A DNA stretch of 64,000 nt, taken from NCBI GenBank assembly GCA_965243115.1, contig CBDEUD010000003.1, positions 2,474,200 to 2,538,199 on the forward strand, written 5' to 3'. The position numbers and the translations under genes are program-made. This DNA is from Gammaproteobacteria bacterium (GTDB taxonomy: Bacteria; Pseudomonadota; Gammaproteobacteria; Eutrophobiales; Eutrophobiaceae). The notes beneath the pieces are model-generated. The model was not told the origin of the DNA. It saw only the letters and a list, made by a program, of their open reading frames with translations, and ran no database searches. Of this stretch, positions 59,831 through 64,000 are shown piece by piece (position 1 is the first letter of the stretch; every line of letters starts with the position of its first letter).

Positions 59831-60928
59831 TCAGCAGCGCGGTTTGAAAACAAAGCGCCAATCCTCATCAAAGCGACGAAAATCCACCAATTCCAGTTCA
59901 TATCGATCATTCATATCCGTAATGGCGGCAGTTTCCATCATATTAACGGCCCCGGCGCCCAGTATGACCGGCGCCTGGTACACGACCAGTTCATCGAGCA
60001 GTCTTCGCTTGAGCATAGCGCCTGACAGCTTCGCTCCCGCTTCCACCAGCAGGTCGTTGACTTCATATGCCGATGCCAGTTCCCGTAACACGGAGTCCAG
60101 GAATTCGTCCTCATCCCCGCCGACAAAGCGGATACTGGCGCCGGCTCGCTCAAGGACGGCATGAATCCGTTCATCCGCGTTCCTGGTGAACAGGATGGTG
60201 GTACCGTCCTCGCCGAGCATTCTAGCGCTATCGGGGAACCTCAGGTTCCGGTCAAGCACTATCCTCAGGGGTTGCCTCCCCGCGGTATCGACGGTGCGTA
60301 CGTTCAGGCGCGGGTCATCGGCCAGCACGGTATTGATACCGGTCATGACGGCTGAACTCGCCGCCCTCAGTTCCTGCACGTCCTGCCTGGAAGCAGCGCC
60401 GGTGATCCAGCGGCTGGCCCCTCCTGCCAGCGCCGTCTTGCCGTCAACACTGACCGCGCTCTTACAGCGTACGTAAGGCCGTGCGCGCGTCATCCGGCAA
60501 ATAAACCCCTTGTTCAGTTCGTTTGCCGGTTCCGCCATCAGACCGGTTTCCACGCTGATACCGGCTTCTTTCAACGCCTTTATCCCTGCGCCAGATACCT
60601 GCGGATTCGGATCAGGCGCGGCTATCACGACCCGGCTTATTCCGGACTCGATGATGGCATCGGTACAAGGCGGCGTCCTGCCGTGATGGGAACAGGGCTC
60701 AAGCGAGACATACGCAGTGGCGCCGCGCAGATCGCAGGAAGCATCGTTCAGCGCGTTGATCTCGGCATGGGGACTCCCGGCTTTCACATGCCAGCCCGTA
60801 CCCAGAACCTTGTCATTCCTGGTGATGACGCATCCTACCCGGGGATTGGGATGGGTGGTAAACCTGCCTTTCTCTGCCAGTTCCAGGGCGTGCGACATCC
60901 AGGAGGAATCAGCCGCCGTCCACCTCAC
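59831..60928 (-). CDS. ribD: Bifunctional riboflavin biosynthesis protein RibD (deaminase/reductase)
   Basis: HAE...PCxxC deaminase zinc motif followed by a reductase domain. Confidence 0.9.
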   Translation of the reverse strand: MRWTAADSSWMSHALELAEKGRFTTHPNPRVGCVITRNDKVLGTGWHVKAGSPHAEINALNDASCDLRGATAYVSLEPCSHHGRTPPCTDAIIESGISRVVIAAPDPNPQVSGAGIKALKEAGISVETGLMAEPANELNKGFICRMTRARPYVRCKSAVSVDGKTALAGGASRWITGAASRQDVQELRAASSAVMTGINTVLADDPRLNVRTVDTAGRQPLRIVLDRNLRFPDSARMLGEDGTTILFTRNADERIHAVLERAGASIRFVGGDEDEFLDSVLRELASAYEVNDLLVEAGAKLSGAMLKRRLLDELVVYQAPVILGAGAVNMMETAAITDMNDRYELELVDFRRFDEDWRFVFKPRC

Positions 60929-60929
60929 A

Positions 60930-61427
60930 TCACTCGTCCAGCAGGTCCATCTGAGCCTCCTTCAGTTCGGCAGGCACTTCGTCTTCAAGCCTCTCAATCT
61001 CTTCGAGGAATGCCCTGACATCCGCGAAACTCTGGTACACGGAAGCGAACCGGAGATAGCCTACCTGGTCCACGGACTTTAATTCTTCCATGACCCAGTC
61101 CCCTACTTTCCTTGATTTCACTTCCCTCTCACCCAGGGACCGCAGTTTGTGCTTGAGACGGGAAATGGCGATCTCCACCTTCTCCATTGCAACCGGTCTC
61201 TTTTCCAGGGCTCGCAAGATGCCGGAACGCAGCTTGTCGTCGATAAACTGTTCGCGCCGGCCATCGGATTTGATAATCCTGGGATAATTGAATTCGGCAG
61301 ACTCGTAAGTGGTAAAACGCTCCCTGCACTCCATGCACTCACGCCGGCGCCTGACCTGATCACCCTCATCGGCCAGCCTGGAGTCTATGACCCTGGTATC
61401 TTCGAACGAACAAAACGGACAGCGCAT
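60930..61427 (-). CDS. nrdR: Transcriptional repressor NrdR
   Basis: [22 protein letters not shown]...RRRECMEC zinc ribbon plus ATP-cone. Confidence 0.93.
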   Translation of the reverse strand: MRCPFCSFEDTRVIDSRLADEGDQVRRRRECMECRERFTTYESAEFNYPRIIKSDGRREQFIDDKLRSGILRALEKRPVAMEKVEIAISRLKHKLRSLGEREVKSRKVGDWVMEELKSVDQVGYLRFASVYQSFADVRAFLEEIERLEDEVPAELKEAQMDLLDE

Positions 61428-61487
61428 AACGCTGATTATATGCTAAACCGCGTGAATACGTCCTGTGGTTGCAGGCTGAAATGGCAT

Positions 61488-61620
61488 TTCACCTTAATTT
61501 GGGACAACCATAACCTAATTTGGGACAACCATAAATTGTGACCAATTTGGGAAGCCTAATTCAGGACCACCATAAATCAAACAAATGTTTAAATTTATGG
61601 TTGTCCTGAATTTAGCCGCA
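61488..61620. promoter_or_regulatory. Array of direct repeats TAATTTGGGACAACCATAA (x2, with a third degenerate copy) plus a 19-bp inverted repeat AATTCAGGACCACCATAAA/TTTATGGTTGTCCTGAATT
   Basis: Read directly. Located between the glyA stop and the nrdR start, so it is a candidate nrdR-operon operator and/or the glyA terminator. Confidence 0.5.
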
Positions 61621-61628
61621 CAACAGCT

Positions 61629-62882
61629 TCAGGCATACATGGGATATTGTTTACACAATGCCATTACTTCACTTTTAGTTGTTTTAATCAGCACTTCGTC
61701 TCCCATGTTGTCTATGATGTCGCATATCCAGGTAGCGACCTGTGCGGCCTGTTCTTCCCGGAAACCGCGGGTGGTGATAGACGGGGTGCCGATGCGTATG
61801 CCGCTGGTGACGAAAGGCGATTGCGGGTCGTTGGGCACCGCGTTTTTGTTCACCGTGATGTTGGCCCGATCCAGGGCCGCGTCGAGGTCCTTGCCCGTAA
61901 TGCCCTTGCTGATAAGACTGACCAGGAACAGGTGGTTGTCGGTCCCGCCGGATACGATGTCTACACCCCGTTGGATAAATACCCCGGCCATGGTGCGCGC
62001 ATTATTGATTACCTGGTGCTGGTAATCCTTGAAACCGGGCTCCATGGCTTCCTTGAAGGCAACCGCTTTAGCGGCTATCACGTGCATCAGCGGGCCGCCC
62101 TGGTAGGAAGGAAACACCGTAAAATTCAGCTTCTTTTCCAGATCCGGGTTGGCTTTCGCCAGTATCAGGCCGGAACGCGGGCCGCGCAAGGTCTTGTGGG
62201 TCGTGGTAGTCGTCACGTCCGCGATCCGGACCGGGCTGGGATACAGTCCGGTAGCAATCAGGCCGGCCACGTGGGCGATGTCCGCCACCAGATAGGCATC
62301 AACTTTATCGGCAATATCCCTGAACCGCTGCCAGTCCACCCTGCGGGAGTACGCAGAAAAACCGGTCATGATCAGTTTCGGCTTGTGCTCCAGGGCAAGA
62401 CGTTCCGCTGCGTCGTAATCAATTTCACCCGTATCCGCGTTCAGCCCGTACTGTACCGCGTTGTACAACCTGCCCGAGACGCTGACCGACGCGCCATGGG
62501 TCAGGTGGCCGCCGTGGGCAAGACTCATTCCCATGATGGTATCGCCCGGCTGGCACAGCGCCAGGTAAACCGCACCGTTGGCCTGGGACCCGGAATGGGG
62601 CTGGACGTTGGCATAGTCCGCGCCGAACAACTCTTTTGCGCGATCGATGGCAAGCTGCTCGGCAACGTCGACGAATTCACAACCGCCGTAATAGCGTTTG
62701 CCCGGGTAGCCTTCGGCATACTTGTTGGTCAGTACCGAGCCCTGGGCCTCGAGCACCCTGGGGCTGACGTTGTTCTCCGAGGCGATCAATTCGATATGTT
62801 CTTCCTGCCTGGTCCGCTCACCCTGCATGGCCTGGTAAAGCACGTCATCGTACCCGGCAATCTTCATGTCTCTGTCAAACAT
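61629..62882 (-). CDS. glyA: Serine hydroxymethyltransferase
   Basis: 417 aa, collinear with GlyA (PLP-lysine region [14 protein letters not shown]). Confidence 0.95.
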   Translation of the reverse strand: MFDRDMKIAGYDDVLYQAMQGERTRQEEHIELIASENNVSPRVLEAQGSVLTNKYAEGYPGKRYYGGCEFVDVAEQLAIDRAKELFGADYANVQPHSGSQANGAVYLALCQPGDTIMGMSLAHGGHLTHGASVSVSGRLYNAVQYGLNADTGEIDYDAAERLALEHKPKLIMTGFSAYSRRVDWQRFRDIADKVDAYLVADIAHVAGLIATGLYPSPVRIADVTTTTTHKTLRGPRSGLILAKANPDLEKKLNFTVFPSYQGGPLMHVIAAKAVAFKEAMEPGFKDYQHQVINNARTMAGVFIQRGVDIVSGGTDNHLFLVSLISKGITGKDLDAALDRANITVNKNAVPNDPQSPFVTSGIRIGTPSITTRGFREEQAAQVATWICDIIDNMGDEVLIKTTKSEVMALCKQYPMYA

Positions 62883-62988
62883 TCCTCACCTTTCCGGCTG
62901 CAAAATAGAAACGGTATTATAAAGATGACACATATAATTACATCCGGATTTTTTCAAAAAAGCCGGAATCCGTGCATCTCGGCGTATA

Positions 62989-63873
62989 ATGGCGGCATTC
63001 AATAACAGAAACACCATGACGGATACGGATACACGGCTCGGTTCACTGCTGGGCCGTCTGAAATTCACAAAGCCGGCCGGGCAACCGGGACGGGCCGCCC
63101 CTCTTATGCGCTGGCGTCGTACCGGCGCCGCGCCCCGCCTGGAGGAAATCAGGCATTCCAGGGATATCGGGCTGGATGACCTGCTTTGCATCGACAGGCA
63201 AAAAAACTCGCTGTGCTCGAACACCGAACAGTTCATCAGCGGTTATCCCGCCAACAACGTCCTGTTGTGGGGACCGCGCGGCACCGGCAAGTCATCCCTG
63301 GTAAAGGCCATCTTCAGCGAGTACCGGGACCGGGGGCTGTACCTGGTGGAAGTCACGCGGGACAACCTCACCGACCTGACGGATATCTGTGACGAACTGA
63401 GCCGTTTTTCCGGCAAGTTCGTCATTTACTGTGACGACCTGTCATTCGACGTGAACGACCCCAGTTACAAGACGCTGAAAGTCATGCTGGACGGTTCGGT
63501 GAGCGACATTCCGGACAATATCCTGATCTACGCCACCTCCAACCGCCGCCACCTGATACCGGAATTCAGTTCGGAGAACCTGGAGTCCAGGATGGTCGAC
63601 GGCGAAATCCACCATGGCGAAGCCGTGGAAGAGAAACTCTCGCTGTCGGAACGCTTCGGCATCTGGCTGTCGTTCCACCCGTTCAACCAGGAACAATACC
63701 TGCAGATTGCATTTCACTGGCTGGACAGGACCGGCGTACCAATAGACGATCGCGAGACGGTCAGGAAGGCCGCCCTGCAGTGGGCGCTGGAAAAAGGCAC
63801 CCGCAGCGGCAGGAGCGCGGCCCAGTTCGCGCGCAACTGGGCGGGGATGACATTACTGGCCGGCAACCGCTGA
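62989..63873 (+). CDS. AAA+ ATPase, DUF815 family
   Basis: Walker A GPRGTGKSS and Walker B IYCDDLSF. Start possibly at the ATG at 63016. Confidence 0.7.
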   Translation: MAAFNNRNTMTDTDTRLGSLLGRLKFTKPAGQPGRAAPLMRWRRTGAAPRLEEIRHSRDIGLDDLLCIDRQKNSLCSNTEQFISGYPANNVLLWGPRGTGKSSLVKAIFSEYRDRGLYLVEVTRDNLTDLTDICDELSRFSGKFVIYCDDLSFDVNDPSYKTLKVMLDGSVSDIPDNILIYATSNRRHLIPEFSSENLESRMVDGEIHHGEAVEEKLSLSERFGIWLSFHPFNQEQYLQIAFHWLDRTGVPIDDRETVRKAALQWALEKGTRSGRSAAQFARNWAGMTLLAGNR

Positions 63874-64000
63874 TTACGACGGTCCGGGCGTATTCCCGGG
63901 TTCCAGCCGTCTGACCTGGATAATCACGCCAAACAAGGGGTGGTCAAAATAGTGCAGCTCGTCCGGTTTTATCCTCCTGCTCTCCGTTAACCTGACATAA

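Noticed and set aside
61647-63005. 452-aa plus-strand ORF covering glyA
   Set aside because: glyA on the minus strand is unambiguous (SHMT, PLP-Lys motif). The plus-strand ORF is a GC-driven shadow.

Overview
This is a high-GC (about 60%) chromosome segment that looks gammaproteobacterial. Most of it is conserved housekeeping synteny: bamA-rseP-dxr-cdsA-uppS-frr-pyrH-tsf-rpsB, divergent map-glnD-mutH-dusA, fkpA-like/prc, murJ-ribF-ileS-lspA-ispH, rpsT, proB-obg-rpmA-rplU, ispB, nrdR-ribD-LOG-nusB-thiL and glyA. Several accessory blocks interrupt it. (1) Directly downstream of a tRNA-Pro(CGG) sits an operon of two paralogous membrane-anchored proteins, each carrying an in-frame 33-bp minisatellite. 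They flank an AhpD/CMD-family gene that has a single in-frame TGA, giving a C-x-x-U-x-x-x-H motif, and a SECIS-like hairpin; this is a candidate selenoprotein that the ORF track splits into two ORFs. (2) A three-gene cassette holds a Rieske non-heme-iron oxygenase, an ERG6-type sterol C-24 methyltransferase, and a GPP34(GOLPH3)-domain::cytochrome P450 fusion. (3) An OMF-MFP-RND efflux operon. (4) An MMPL transporter with a LolA-like protein and an outer-membrane barrel. (5) A cpATP-grasp/alpha-E/Anbu proteasome-like module. rpsB encodes S2 with a roughly 250-aa C-terminal tail, acidic and then AKTP-repeat (histone-H1-like), built from 12/36-bp tandem repeats. Two families of hairpin-forming REP-like palindromic repeats sharing a GGGGTCAG core occur in intergenic regions; two copies bracket a puuD-like gene. 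No integrase, transposase or CRISPR array was seen.
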